A stretch of DNA of 60,553 bases from Flavobacteriales bacterium (GTDB taxonomy: Bacteria > Bacteroidota > Bacteroidia > Flavobacteriales_F > PHOS-HE28): contig JAEUTB010000197.1 of the NCBI GenBank assembly GCA_016787995.1, forward strand, positions 1-60,553. Direction: 5' to 3'. Shown here one piece after another: positions 8,808 to 18,725 of the stretch (position 1 is the first letter of the stretch; the number at the start of each line of letters is the position of its first letter). The notes beneath the pieces were generated by a model. That model made no database searches, was not told where the DNA came from, and saw only the letters and a list, made by a program, of their open reading frames with translations. The position numbers and the translations under genes are program-made.

Positions 8808-9569
8808 ATGCGCGCGCTATTCCTACCCTTCTTCATAGCCACACTGGTCGTTCCAGCAACAGCCGGCCATCGTGTGGTGCATGTGATCGTGGCCCTTTGC
8901 GACAATGAATTCCAAGGCATCGTGAAGGTGCCTGCAGGGATCGGCAACGGCCAGAAGCCATCTACGAACCTGTACTGGGGCGCTGGCTATGGGGTGAAGA
9001 CCCACTTCAACCATTCGGAAGAGTGGGTGGCCATCGACTGCATGAAGCCGACCGTCCCCCACATCCTTGATCGCGCCATCTGGAAACACCGTGACAGCGC
9101 GGTCTACCTTGTTGCCGACGCGTATGACGGCCGCAACATCCGCGAAGCCACGGAAGACCTGCTGCGCTTCGCGAGCGGAGCCGCACCCGAAAAGATCCTG
9201 GTCGGGGGAACGGAGATCCGTGCTGGCGGCGGCGCTCAACTCATCGCTTACGTGGGTCACGATGGATTGATGGACTTCGCGCTGGAAGAGGTCTTCGGAC
9301 CAGCTGGCACGAGCACCCGTGAAACCATCATCCTGGCGTGCATCAGCAAGCGTTTTTTTGCGCCCCATCTTCGCCACACCGGTGCGCAACCGCTTCTTTG
9401 GACCACCGGTTTGATGGCACCCGAAGCGTACACTTTGAAAGCCGCGCTCAACGGTTGGGTGCGCCGAGAGACCCACGAAGCCATTCATGAACGGGCCGCG
9501 CAGGCTTATGACAAGTACCAGAAATGCGGCATTACTGGCGCACGCCGGCTCTTCGCTACCGGATGGTGA
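8808..9569 (+). CDS. Secreted hypothetical protein
   Basis: Signal peptide MRALFLPFFIATLVVPATA and good coding composition. No family recognised (see finding on the His/Cys pattern). Confidence 0.65.
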   Translation: MRALFLPFFIATLVVPATAGHRVVHVIVALCDNEFQGIVKVPAGIGNGQKPSTNLYWGAGYGVKTHFNHSEEWVAIDCMKPTVPHILDRAIWKHRDSAVYLVADAYDGRNIREATEDLLRFASGAAPEKILVGGTEIRAGGGAQLIAYVGHDGLMDFALEEVFGPAGTSTRETIILACISKRFFAPHLRHTGAQPLLWTTGLMAPEAYTLKAALNGWVRRETHEAIHERAAQAYDKYQKCGITGARRLFATGW

Positions 9570-9614
9570 CCGAACGCACGGTATAAGCAGTGCTGGTGCG
9601 CGACCTTCGTGCGC

Positions 9615-10046
9615 ATGGAACAGACAACGACCCGGAAGGTTAGCGCCGTTCTGGACGGTGCACCCTATGCCACCGAGATCACCACCCGAGGCCTTCACTG
9701 GCTGGCCGATGAACCGGTCGATCACGGAGGAACGGACCAAGGGCCACGACCACATGAGATGCTGCTGGGTGCGCTGGCTTCGTGCACCGCGATCACCATG
9801 CGTATGTACGCCGATCGTAAGCAGTGGAACGTAGGGCGCATCGGAGTGCACGTTACCATGGAGCGCACCCAGCGTGGAGCCGAGATCGGAACGCGCATCC
9901 ATATGGACATCGACCTTGACCCTTCGTTGCCCGAAGACCAGCGCCAACGGTTGGCCCAGATCGCTCGGTCATGCCCCGTTCATCGCACGCTGGAGAACCC
10001 CATACACCTGAGTTCCGGCTTATTGGGGCCTGCTCTGGCTGACTGA
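9615..10046 (+). CDS. OsmC/Ohr family protein
   Basis: HEMLLGALASCTAITM and CPVHRTLENP are the two conserved Cys regions of the OsmC fold. The track start at 9609 is a GTG; an ATG lies at 9615. Confidence 0.85.
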   Translation: MEQTTTRKVSAVLDGAPYATEITTRGLHWLADEPVDHGGTDQGPRPHEMLLGALASCTAITMRMYADRKQWNVGRIGVHVTMERTQRGAEIGTRIHMDIDLDPSLPEDQRQRLAQIARSCPVHRTLENPIHLSSGLLGPALAD

Positions 10047-10077
10047 TCGGATCCGGTGTGCTATCTTTCCTCTTGCC

Positions 10078-10494
10078 ATGAGCAAGGAACATACCTACAC
10101 CAACGGCGAGGTCACCATTGTTTGGAAGGCTGACCTGTGCATCCATAGCAAGAAGTGCTGGACCGGCCTGGGCGAGGTCTTCAAACCCGGCCAACGGCCT
10201 TGGATCGATCCATCCGGGGCCTCCACCGAACGGATCATCGCACAAGTGAGCGCCTGTCCGAGCGGTGCCTTGTCCTACCGCTTGAACGACTCGGGAACCG
10301 CAGCGGTGCAGGCGAGCACGGAGGTGGAAGTGACGGCGAACGGACCGTTATTGGTAAAGGGCGGCTGCCTGTTGAAACATTCCGACGGTCGCACCGAGGT
10401 GCGTGAAACCGTTTCGGCGTTCTGCCGCTGTGGGGCCTCCGCGAACAAGCCCTATTGCGACGGTAGCCACCGGAAGTCGGGCTTCGTGGGTTGA
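10078..10494 (+). CDS. CDGSH iron-sulfur domain protein with N-terminal divergent 4Fe-4S mono-cluster-like domain
   Basis: C-terminal CRCGASANKPYCDGSH (CDGSH signature). The N-terminal half carries CIHSKKC ... CPSGAL. Confidence 0.85.
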   Translation: MSKEHTYTNGEVTIVWKADLCIHSKKCWTGLGEVFKPGQRPWIDPSGASTERIIAQVSACPSGALSYRLNDSGTAAVQASTEVEVTANGPLLVKGGCLLKHSDGRTEVRETVSAFCRCGASANKPYCDGSHRKSGFVG

Positions 10495-10600
10495 GGCTGC
10501 GGTCCGCTCCTTCCTCCATCCTTACCGTTCCAGCGGAAAAGGCGTGCACGGCGGCGAGCAAGGGGTTAACTTTGCACCATTCAAGTCCTTGGATAGCCGC

Positions 10601-12055
10601 ATGATCGTACAGGATCCACAGCACGTGCCCCTGAGCCCGGCCCAGAAAGCACGCCGGATCAATATCGACAGCGACCTGTATGGCACCTTCGCCGAGATCG
10701 GTGTGGGACAGGAAACGGTGCGTCACTTCTTTCGGGCGGGCGGAGCTTCGCAGACCATCGCGAAGGCCATGAGCGCGTACGACAAGGACTTCAGCAATGC
10801 CATTTATGGCAAAGAGCCCGGCAACCGCTTCGTATGCGAAAGCCGGTTGATGAACATGCTGCGGCATGAGTTCGGCTTGATCAACGAGCGTCTGAACCGC
10901 GCCGACCACCCCACCAAGAAGTTCTTCACCTTCGCCAATACCGTGGCGGGCAGCACCTTCGAGCGGCCCCACAGCGGCCATGGCTGGATCGGCGTGCGTT
11001 TCCAGACCACACCCGATGGTCCCACCAACGACGTGATCATCCACGTACGCTTGCACGACCCGGACATCAGCCTGCAGCAGGAGAGCATCGGTGTGATGGG
11101 TGTGAACCTTCTCCACGGGTGCCTCATGCACCACGGCGATCCGCATACCATCATGACCGCGCTCTACGACAACGTGAGCCGGCACGTGGTGGAAGTGGAC
11201 ATGATCCAGATGAACGGACCCGCGTTCGCCAGCGTGGATAACCGGTTGTTGAGCCTGCAACTGGTGAAGCGTGGTTACACCGACGCGGTGCTCTTCGGAC
11301 CCGATGGTCAGAACCTGCAAGCCAGTGAAGCGCTGTACAAGAAGAACATCCTGGCCATCCGAGGCAGCTTCCGCCCCGTGACCAAGGTGAATATCGACAT
11401 GATCATGAACGGCTACAACATGTTCATCAAGGAACAGCGTGTGGACCGTCAGAACCTGCAGGTGCTCTTCGAGATCACCCTCAATAACCTGCGCGCCGAT
11501 ACCGGCGATGTGGACGAGAAGGACTTCATCGACAGGGCCGATATCCTGTGCTCCTTGGGCCAGACCGTGCTGATCAGCAACTACCAAGAGTACTACAAAC
11601 TGGTGGAGTACTTCAGCCGGTACACGAAGGCCCGCATGGGCGTGATCCTCGGGGTGAACAACCTGATCGAGGTGTTCGACGATAAGTACTATCGCCACCT
11701 GAACGGGGGGATGCTGGAGGCCTTCGGTATCCTCTTCACGCGCGACCTCAAGATCTACGTTTACCCCAGCCGTGCTTCAGTGAACGACGAGATCATGACC
11801 ACGGAGAACATGCCTGTGCATCCGCGCTTGAAACCCTTGTACGACTATCTGCTCTTCAACAAGCGCATCGTGGACATCAACACGTTCGATCCCAACGTGC
11901 TCCACATCTTCAGCAAGGCCGTGCTTGACCTCATTCGTCAGGGCAAACCCGGATGGGAAGACCTCGTTCCACCCTATGTGGACAACATGATCAAGGACAA
12001 TCGGCTCTTCGGTTACAAGCCCACGAGCAAGTCCGCCGACATGGCCGAGGCATGA
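10601..12055 (+). CDS. Conserved hypothetical protein, 484 aa, no domain recognised
   Basis: Long ORF with good coding composition. ATG at 10601 (MIVQDPQHV) is preferred because the stretch from 10403 overlaps the CDGSH gene and is Arg/Ser/Pro-rich. Confidence 0.8.
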   Translation: MIVQDPQHVPLSPAQKARRINIDSDLYGTFAEIGVGQETVRHFFRAGGASQTIAKAMSAYDKDFSNAIYGKEPGNRFVCESRLMNMLRHEFGLINERLNRADHPTKKFFTFANTVAGSTFERPHSGHGWIGVRFQTTPDGPTNDVIIHVRLHDPDISLQQESIGVMGVNLLHGCLMHHGDPHTIMTALYDNVSRHVVEVDMIQMNGPAFASVDNRLLSLQLVKRGYTDAVLFGPDGQNLQASEALYKKNILAIRGSFRPVTKVNIDMIMNGYNMFIKEQRVDRQNLQVLFEITLNNLRADTGDVDEKDFIDRADILCSLGQTVLISNYQEYYKLVEYFSRYTKARMGVILGVNNLIEVFDDKYYRHLNGGMLEAFGILFTRDLKIYVYPSRASVNDEIMTTENMPVHPRLKPLYDYLLFNKRIVDINTFDPNVLHIFSKAVLDLIRQGKPGWEDLVPPYVDNMIKDNRLFGYKPTSKSADMAEA

Positions 12056-12096
12056 CCTGAACGTTACCTCGCCATCAGCCGCGCATTCAGCAGGCT

Positions 12097-12897
12097 ATGT
12101 TAGCCTACCTACTACCGGCGTTGATCTCTACATGGTGGATGCCGTCATTGGCGTTCAGCAAGGGAAATGAACGGATCTTAACGCGTTTCGAAGCCCCCCA
12201 AGGACATTCAAGGGTGCAGGCAGCGCCGAACTCCTTCGCCGCTTGGTTGCGGAACCTGCCCCTTCTACCTCCGGGAAGCCCCGTGGTGTTGCACAACGGC
12301 GAACGTAAAACCCGACAGGACGTGCACGCCGCCGTGCTTGATGTCAGTGTAGGTGCGAAGGACCTTCAACAATGTGCGGATGCCGTTATGCGGTTGCGGG
12401 CCGAATATCTGTTCGCACAAGGTCGGTTCAACGAGATCCAGTTCAACTTCACCAACGGTTTCAAGGCTGAGTTCCGCCGGTGGAAGAAGGGGGAGCGCAT
12501 TAACGTGGTCGGCAACCGATGCTCTTGGTCCGCTTCCGCCAGGCCGGACAGTTCACATGCATCTCTCCTTTCCTACCTGGACCGCGTGTTCACCTATGCA
12601 GGGACATTGAGTTTGAGCAAAGAACTTCGCCCCGCTGAAGGGTCCGACATCGAGCCCGGCGATGTCTTCATCCAAGGGGGAAGCCCTGGTCATGCTGTTA
12701 TCGTCGTAGATGTGGTGGTGACCAATGAAGGACAGCGCGCATTCTTGCTGGCACAGGGCTACATGCCTGCACAAAGCATCCATATCCTGAAGAACCTTTA
12801 CGAGCCCACGTATGGTGCTTGGTTCTTGGAAGGCGTTGGCGAAGTCCTGCGAACACCCGAATGGACCTTCGCTTGGAACGACCGGAAGCGGTGGTAG
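12097..12897 (+). CDS. Secreted hypothetical protein, DUF4846-like (tentative)
   Basis: Hydrophobic N-terminus. QQCADAVMRLRAEYLF and GSPGHAVIVVD resemble DUF4846 from memory; unverified. Confidence 0.65.
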   Translation: MLAYLLPALISTWWMPSLAFSKGNERILTRFEAPQGHSRVQAAPNSFAAWLRNLPLLPPGSPVVLHNGERKTRQDVHAAVLDVSVGAKDLQQCADAVMRLRAEYLFAQGRFNEIQFNFTNGFKAEFRRWKKGERINVVGNRCSWSASARPDSSHASLLSYLDRVFTYAGTLSLSKELRPAEGSDIEPGDVFIQGGSPGHAVIVVDVVVTNEGQRAFLLAQGYMPAQSIHILKNLYEPTYGAWFLEGVGEVLRTPEWTFAWNDRKRW

Positions 12898-12901
12898 TCT
12901 T

Positions 12902-14089
12902 CTACCAGTTGAGCGCGTAGGGCTCCAGCTCGAGTTCCTTCATCAGTTCTTGACGCAGGTTCTCGCGCGTGATGCCCATGCCCGCCAGTGCGGTGAAGAC
13001 ATGCTCTTCGCCGGATGCCAGCACAGCGAAAAGCCCCTCTTTCCCTTGTGTGCGAAGGATACGCTCACACAGAGCGCCACCGATCGCGTAAGCTAGGTTC
13101 GTGTGCTCATTGATGTAGGTCGGTTCATAGCTCGTGAGGACCTTCTCCATATCCGGCATAGCACCAGAAGCGAGGTAAACCTTCAGGTTGGCCCGATGCC
13201 AGGAGTAGGGCTTTTCTGAGCTGCCCGCGAGGAACGTCGCCAACCCTTCGTCCAACACCCAAGGTCTTCCATGGAACTTCATCCCGGTGAATAAGTGCAC
13301 GACTTCGTGGGTGTAGATCTCCTTGTTGTTCCCGGAAAAGACGATGTCCTTGCCTTCCGCTCTTCCACCGGTGGGGAACACATGCATCAGGGGGTGATGC
13401 TGATAGCCCCGGATGCGGAACAACTCCGTTGGATCCATGCAGGAATAGTACGTGATCGGAAAGGCCGGTATGTCAAAGAGAAGGGCTAGGCGCTCCACAT
13501 CCTTCACCTGTTGTCGTGCTTGTTCCATGGAGAAGGTCCGCCCTGGAGAAACGATGAAGGTGATCGGCCGCATACCGATCCGCTCCCAATCCCGGGTCAA
13601 GTGGTCCAAAGGAAAAGAGAGCCGCACACCATCGCCGGTGCGTTTGGCAAGGAAGTCGAACACATACCGGACCCGTTTGGCTATACCCGCACCATCTTCT
13701 TCGGCCCACCTTACGGTCAGCAGGCGTTCGTCCGGGTTCCCGGTGCTGTTGATCGCGAGCAAGGTAGGCGGGTAGCGAGGCTCTCCCACGCTGTCGAATT
13801 CGGCCGCGAACAGTTCGCCGTGGATGCCTCCGAAGCGCTCAAGATCCGTGATCAGCCAGAAGTCATTGGCCCTTGATGTATCCAATTTGAACTGGCAGAA
13901 ACGCCGCAAGCAGGCGATCGCCTCCGCATTGAGCGCGTCGGACGTATCCACCGTGGGCCAGATCCGGAGATGGCCGAATGAATAAGAGCCTGGTCGCAGG
14001 TGGCCTGCGGGTAAGGGGGGCTCCACAGGTGCTTTTTCCGCGCATGATGTCAGGGCGACCAAGACCGCCAAGAGGTAGGTATAAGCCAT
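12902..14089 (-). CDS. Lipoprotein with HExxH zinc-metallopeptidase motif
   Basis: Lipobox LVALTSC. HEVVHLFTG is followed by DEGLATF, a gluzincin-like HExxH...E arrangement. Confidence 0.7.
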   Translation of the reverse strand: MAYTYLLAVLVALTSCAEKAPVEPPLPAGHLRPGSYSFGHLRIWPTVDTSDALNAEAIACLRRFCQFKLDTSRANDFWLITDLERFGGIHGELFAAEFDSVGEPRYPPTLLAINSTGNPDERLLTVRWAEEDGAGIAKRVRYVFDFLAKRTGDGVRLSFPLDHLTRDWERIGMRPITFIVSPGRTFSMEQARQQVKDVERLALLFDIPAFPITYYSCMDPTELFRIRGYQHHPLMHVFPTGGRAEGKDIVFSGNNKEIYTHEVVHLFTGMKFHGRPWVLDEGLATFLAGSSEKPYSWHRANLKVYLASGAMPDMEKVLTSYEPTYINEHTNLAYAIGGALCERILRTQGKEGLFAVLASGEEHVFTALAGMGITRENLRQELMKELELEPYALNW

Positions 14090-14266
14090 TACCGGGCAAG
14101 CTACTTCATGATCAGCTCCCTTGAAGGTCAGGATCGTAAAAGGTTGCTTGGGTTAATGGAACTCATGAGACGCCGTTGGCGATGATGGCGGGAGGATGAC
14201 CGTATCCCGTTCCGCGGAAAGTAGGTATCGTGATGATCCTTAGTTTGCTCCCGATTCATTTAGTCG

Positions 14267-17194
14267 ATGTCCACTGAGCGAACCGTGCGGGCCATCCTGT
14301 GTATTCTGGTCTTGGCGGTGCATACCCTGGCTGCGGGACAAGAACCTTTCCATCGGTCCTTCACCATGGAGGACGGCTTGCCCAGCAACAAGGTCTACCG
14401 GGCGATCCAGGACCATGAGGGGTTCATGTGGTTCGCCACCGACAACGGGGTGGCGCGTTTCGATGGCCTTGAGTTCACCGTGCTCGGGCTGGAAGATGGC
14501 CTCGTGGATACCGAGGTCATCATGATCCAAGAGGATCTTGAGCACCGCATCTGGTTCATGGGGCTGAATGGGAGATTGGCCTATTGGAAGGATGGTAAAG
14601 TCTTCAATGAACGCAATGACCCGCGGTTGAAGGGGATCCGGGCCATAGCCGGGTGGAGCACCATGGCCGTGGACAAGGAGGGGGCCATCTGGTTCGGGGC
14701 TTTGAGCGGGGAATTGGTGCGGTTGGACATGGCACAAGGAACGCATCGCTACATGGGTGCATCAAACTTGAAACGAAATGTGGTGAATGACGCTGCTGGT
14801 GAGATCATCACGATGAGTTATGGGATTTTCCAACTGCACGGGGAAAAGGGCCCATCACTCATCGCATCCGTTGGAACTCGAATGCACTCCACTCACATCT
14901 ATCCAAGCGGCGACCCAAGCAAGAGCCCGTTGGTCATGATCGATGGTCGGTTGCATGAAGTCACTTCGACCGGGGTGGTCCCTTTGACGAATGGACCCGC
15001 ATTGGATCCCATGGTCCATCGTAGCGCTTACCGCACACCTCATGGCGATGTTTGGCTTCACCGGCACGATCGGGGCGTTGACCTAGCGGAGTATCGTATG
15101 GGCGGATTTCAGCCTCCCATTCACTATTTCGGTGACCGCACGATCTCGATGGTCTACACTGATGATGCAGGGAACAATTGGTTCTGCACCACTACACATG
15201 GTGTTGTACTTGTCACGCACGATCAGCGAAAGAACACCATCTGGCTCTCCGGTTCTGGGGTTTCTGATGCGATCATGACTTCAGTCGGAGCTAGCCAGGA
15301 CCGTGTATGGGTAGGAACGGACCAAGGAGATATCCTGGTCTACATGAATGGAGTTTTATCGACACTTCAGGTCCGTCTGCCACGTATTCGTCCCGGCAGG
15401 GTGCTGCGCATCCTTGATGAACCTGATGGTACCATGTGGTTCGGGACCGATTATGCGCTCTTACGCTGGGTTCCAGACGCGCCACAGGAACTGGAGCACG
15501 TTCCTGTAGACATCCTTCCACGAGGATCCAAATCTTGGATAGCTGTGAAAGCTCTTTTGCGAACTCGGAAAGGTGAGGTACTCACAGCTGGCATAGGGGT
15601 ACAACGACTTAAGCGGAGGAATGGTCTATTCGCGAGACACGGCATGCCCTCATCTCTTCCATTTAGGATCAGGAGTTTATGTGAAGATAAAGGGGGCGGA
15701 TTATGGGCGGGAGCACAGAATGGAATTTTCAGTATCGTCGACGAGGAGACCATCGCCCACCCCTTGCCGGACAGTCTAGTTTCTTCTGAGGTCGTCGATA
15801 TGGCACCTTGCGGAGGTGATACTTTGTTACTCGCCACGAGCGGAAATGGACTGCTGCTTTGGGCGAATGACCGTGTGATACAGCGCATCGGTTTGAAGGA
15901 GGGTCTGCCCAGTCTGAACATCCGTCGAATGCGGCTGTATGGAGATACCGTCTGGTGCGCGACAACAGCCGGAGTGGTTGCGCTAGTCTTGAGGGACTAT
16001 AGCGTGGTCGACTCTTGGCGCTGGTCAACGGAACAAGGCACTCCAACGAACGACATCTTCGACTTCGTGTTGAATGAGGGCAGGCTCTTCATGGTGAGTG
16101 ACAAAGGTCTGGGGGTAAGTGGTCTTCAGCCAGAGGAAGCTCGAACCAGTTTAGGACCCCTGTACATGGCGAGTGTCCAGATCAACGATTCCATCATTCG
16201 GTTCCCGAAGGAGGATCGTTGGCGATCCCATCGTGGTGATCGATTCCAACTGGTGGTCCATGCGTTGGAATTCGTGCATGCGCCCTTCGTGGAGTACGCT
16301 TATGCATTGGGGCCATCTGGTACTTGGCGGACCTGCGAGAAGGGTCAAGTGGTCTTAGATGGTTTGGATGACGGTGTCCATACGATCTCGGTGCGTGCCA
16401 GGCTACCGGGCGGACCATGGAGCGATCGGCTGACCACACAGCTGGAAGTGGTGCCTCCCTGGTGGGCACGTCCGTGGATGATCTTCGGGGTGGGACTGGT
16501 GGCCATCATCGGACTTGCTCTCCTTCTACGTCGATACGAACGGGCTCGGTACAAGAAAAAACTGGCGGCGGTCCAGGCACAGATGGTATTGAATGAAGAG
16601 CGCAGGCGCATCGCTGCCGATGTGCATGATGACCTGGGGGCCGACCTTAGCAAGTTGCTCTTGCAGGTGAGGAGACAAGGCGCCGCTCCGGACGACCATG
16701 AACTTCGACTCAGCAAAGGTGTTTTGGCCGCCATCAGCAAGATCGACGAGATCATCTGGTCGCTCGATCCCAAGCGGGATTCGCTCGAGGGTACGCTGAA
16801 CTTCATCGAACAGTATGCCATGGAACTGTGTGAAGCGAATGGCTTGGCGTTCCGGACCATCGCTCAACTACCCGATGGGGAGATACCACTCACAGCGTTC
16901 GAACGGCGAGAGGTATTCCTCATCTTCAAGGAAGCGATCCGCAACGTGGTGAAGCATGCAGCGGCGACCACCCTGAGCCTGCACGCGGCGCTGGAGGGGG
17001 ACGTCGTGGTCATCTCCATCTCCGATGACGGTATCGGTATGGATCCGGATCATAAGTCGGTTGGCCGGAACGGATCGAGCAACATGCGCGAACGGGCTTC
17101 ACGGCTCGGCGGGGTGCTTTTCGTGCGATCGATAGAGCCAAAAGGCACACGTGTCGAACTTCATTTCCCACCCAAGAATCACCCGAATGGATGA
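14267..17194 (+). CDS. Sensor histidine kinase with periplasmic two-component-regulator propeller / Y_Y_Y region
   Basis: Signal/TM segment and repeated propeller motifs (W.AT..G, WFGT). A single TM (IFGVGLVAIIGLALLL) precedes a HisKA_3 H-box (RRRIAADVHDDLGADL) and an HATPase_c domain (DDGIGMD ... NMRERASRLGG). Confidence 0.9.
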   Translation: MSTERTVRAILCILVLAVHTLAAGQEPFHRSFTMEDGLPSNKVYRAIQDHEGFMWFATDNGVARFDGLEFTVLGLEDGLVDTEVIMIQEDLEHRIWFMGLNGRLAYWKDGKVFNERNDPRLKGIRAIAGWSTMAVDKEGAIWFGALSGELVRLDMAQGTHRYMGASNLKRNVVNDAAGEIITMSYGIFQLHGEKGPSLIASVGTRMHSTHIYPSGDPSKSPLVMIDGRLHEVTSTGVVPLTNGPALDPMVHRSAYRTPHGDVWLHRHDRGVDLAEYRMGGFQPPIHYFGDRTISMVYTDDAGNNWFCTTTHGVVLVTHDQRKNTIWLSGSGVSDAIMTSVGASQDRVWVGTDQGDILVYMNGVLSTLQVRLPRIRPGRVLRILDEPDGTMWFGTDYALLRWVPDAPQELEHVPVDILPRGSKSWIAVKALLRTRKGEVLTAGIGVQRLKRRNGLFARHGMPSSLPFRIRSLCEDKGGGLWAGAQNGIFSIVDEETIAHPLPDSLVSSEVVDMAPCGGDTLLLATSGNGLLLWANDRVIQRIGLKEGLPSLNIRRMRLYGDTVWCATTAGVVALVLRDYSVVDSWRWSTEQGTPTNDIFDFVLNEGRLFMVSDKGLGVSGLQPEEARTSLGPLYMASVQINDSIIRFPKEDRWRSHRGDRFQLVVHALEFVHAPFVEYAYALGPSGTWRTCEKGQVVLDGLDDGVHTISVRARLPGGPWSDRLTTQLEVVPPWWARPWMIFGVGLVAIIGLALLLRRYERARYKKKLAAVQAQMVLNEERRRIAADVHDDLGADLSKLLLQVRRQGAAPDDHELRLSKGVLAAISKIDEIIWSLDPKRDSLEGTLNFIEQYAMELCEANGLAFRTIAQLPDGEIPLTAFERREVFLIFKEAIRNVVKHAAATTLSLHAALEGDVVVISISDDGIGMDPDHKSVGRNGSSNMRERASRLGGVLFVRSIEPKGTRVELHFPPKNHPNG

Positions 17195-17228
17195 TGCGGA
17201 GGCTGGTCAATGACCCCATCTTTAGGGC

Positions 17229-17870
17229 ATGACGCCTTGGGAGAACCCGCATACGTTGGTGGATGTGGTGGTGGTGGAGGACCACGCTGAGTTCCGTGAA
17301 AGCCTCCGGTTCATTCTTGAGAACACCGGCCATATCCGTTGTAAGGTCTATGCCGCTGCCGAGGAAGCACTCGGTCCCCTCTTGATGAATACACCGGATG
17401 TCATCATCATGGATATCCGCTTACCCGGAATGAATGGGATCGAGCTCACCAAGCAGCTGATCCAGAAGAGACCTGATGTTCTCGTCCTTATTTGCACCGT
17501 TCATGAGGACGATGAACTCATCTTCCAAGCTTTGCGCGCCGGAGCGAAAGGCTACTTGCTCAAGCGATCAAGCGTGGAGGATCTCGTAGAGGCCATCAGG
17601 CAGGTGCTTGCTGGCGGGTCCCCGATGAGTCCGGCCATCGCCCGACGGGTCGTCAATAGCTTTAGACCACAGCTGCCGAAGGACCTGAACGTGCTCACCG
17701 ATCGTGAGCAAAGCGTACTGGACCTGATCAGCACAGGTATGACGGCAAAGGAGATCAGCGAAAGGCTCTTCGTGAGTGTCAATACCGTGCGTACCCATAT
17801 CCGACATATCTACGAAAAGCTCCAGGTGCAGAGCCGTGTCCAGGCTGCTCGTAAGGCCGGAAAACGCTGA
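17229..17870 (+). CDS. Response regulator, NarL/FixJ (LuxR HTH) family
   Basis: Receiver domain (VVVVEDH ... DVIIMDIRLPGMNG) and LuxR-type HTH (LTDREQSVLDLISTGMTAKEISERLFVSVNTVRTHIRHIYEKL). Confidence 0.9.
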   Translation: MTPWENPHTLVDVVVVEDHAEFRESLRFILENTGHIRCKVYAAAEEALGPLLMNTPDVIIMDIRLPGMNGIELTKQLIQKRPDVLVLICTVHEDDELIFQALRAGAKGYLLKRSSVEDLVEAIRQVLAGGSPMSPAIARRVVNSFRPQLPKDLNVLTDREQSVLDLISTGMTAKEISERLFVSVNTVRTHIRHIYEKLQVQSRVQAARKAGKR

Positions 17871-18044
17871 GACTCGAACCCGAGTTAAAATCATCCGTTC
17901 GGGTGATTCATGAGGCACCAGTTCGATGTGCCTTTGCATCGTGTCATCCACATGACATCGGGGTTGCCGAAAACCGATCAGAGTAGGTACCGAAAAAAAC
18001 GACCTAGAATGTTGATACAACGAATTAAGTAGCATTTCGCAACT

Positions 18045-18608
18045 GTGGCTATTTCGACACTCCTTCTGTCATCCTGCAGTAAAGAGGCTGTTCGTCCTGT
18101 GGATGTGGGAGGAGATACGGAGAGTGAATTGGTCAATCCCAAGACTAATCCTTTCTTCTTAAGGGATGGGGTAAACAACACCGGTTCCTTCACAGTGTAC
18201 CGTTGGTCGGGTTCATGTGCCACACCTTACGGCTTTGTAACAAGTGAGGCCCTTGCGCCAAACAACCTAATCTTGAATGGAAATCCTCGCAAAGTCCGGG
18301 TTACCAATGGTCAAACGACTGGAGTGGACAATTTCTACCTGCGACTAGAAGCGGGCAATACAATTGGCACCGTAAACTCTTGGGGACCGTGGTACTTGAT
18401 CCATCCGAACTTCGGACCTTCTCTGTCAGTAAGGAAGAGCCTGTTGATCAGAATGAAGCGAGTAGCGTTAGGTGATAACACCTACCAAGCTGGTATCTCC
18501 TATAACGGCACCACGAACACGTGGGATTACTCTTCAGCTAGCCAACAGGGGAAATATGAGTTCGCTGAGGTCATCGGTATCTTCAGTTCATGCCCAGTCA
18601 GAAACTAA
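18045..18608 (+). CDS. Small hypothetical lipoprotein (GTG start)
   Basis: An in-frame TAG at 18030 leaves GTG 18045 as the only start. Lipobox LLLSSC. Visibly lower GC than the flanks. A terminator follows. Confidence 0.55.
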   Translation: MAISTLLLSSCSKEAVRPVDVGGDTESELVNPKTNPFFLRDGVNNTGSFTVYRWSGSCATPYGFVTSEALAPNNLILNGNPRKVRVTNGQTTGVDNFYLRLEAGNTIGTVNSWGPWYLIHPNFGPSLSVRKSLLIRMKRVALGDNTYQAGISYNGTTNTWDYSSASQQGKYEFAEVIGIFSSCPVRN

Positions 18609-18696
18609 GCGTGACCAATTGGTTCATTCAGTGCTGTTCCAAACATGTTCGACGGCCTTTCTGAGTTGATCCAATTCGTCGTTTCCTCGATCGAAA

Positions 18697-18725
18697 GGGC
18701 TAGTCCTAAAGGGCTGGCCCTTTTT
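18697..18725 (+). terminator. Rho-independent terminator
   Basis: gggctag-(10 nt)-ctggccc gives a 7-bp stem with one G-U pair, followed by ttttt. Confidence 0.6.

Noticed and set aside
8823-9947. 374-aa minus-strand ORF
   Set aside because: It is antisense to the secreted hypothetical gene and the OsmC-family gene and crosses their intergenic gap. The composition is non-protein-like.
10235-11698. 487-aa minus-strand ORF opposite the 484-aa gene
   Set aside because: The product is a repetitive His/Val/Asp/Gly-rich sequence of the kind produced by the antisense frame of GC-rich coding DNA. It also overlaps two well-supported plus-strand genes (the CDGSH gene and 10601..12055).
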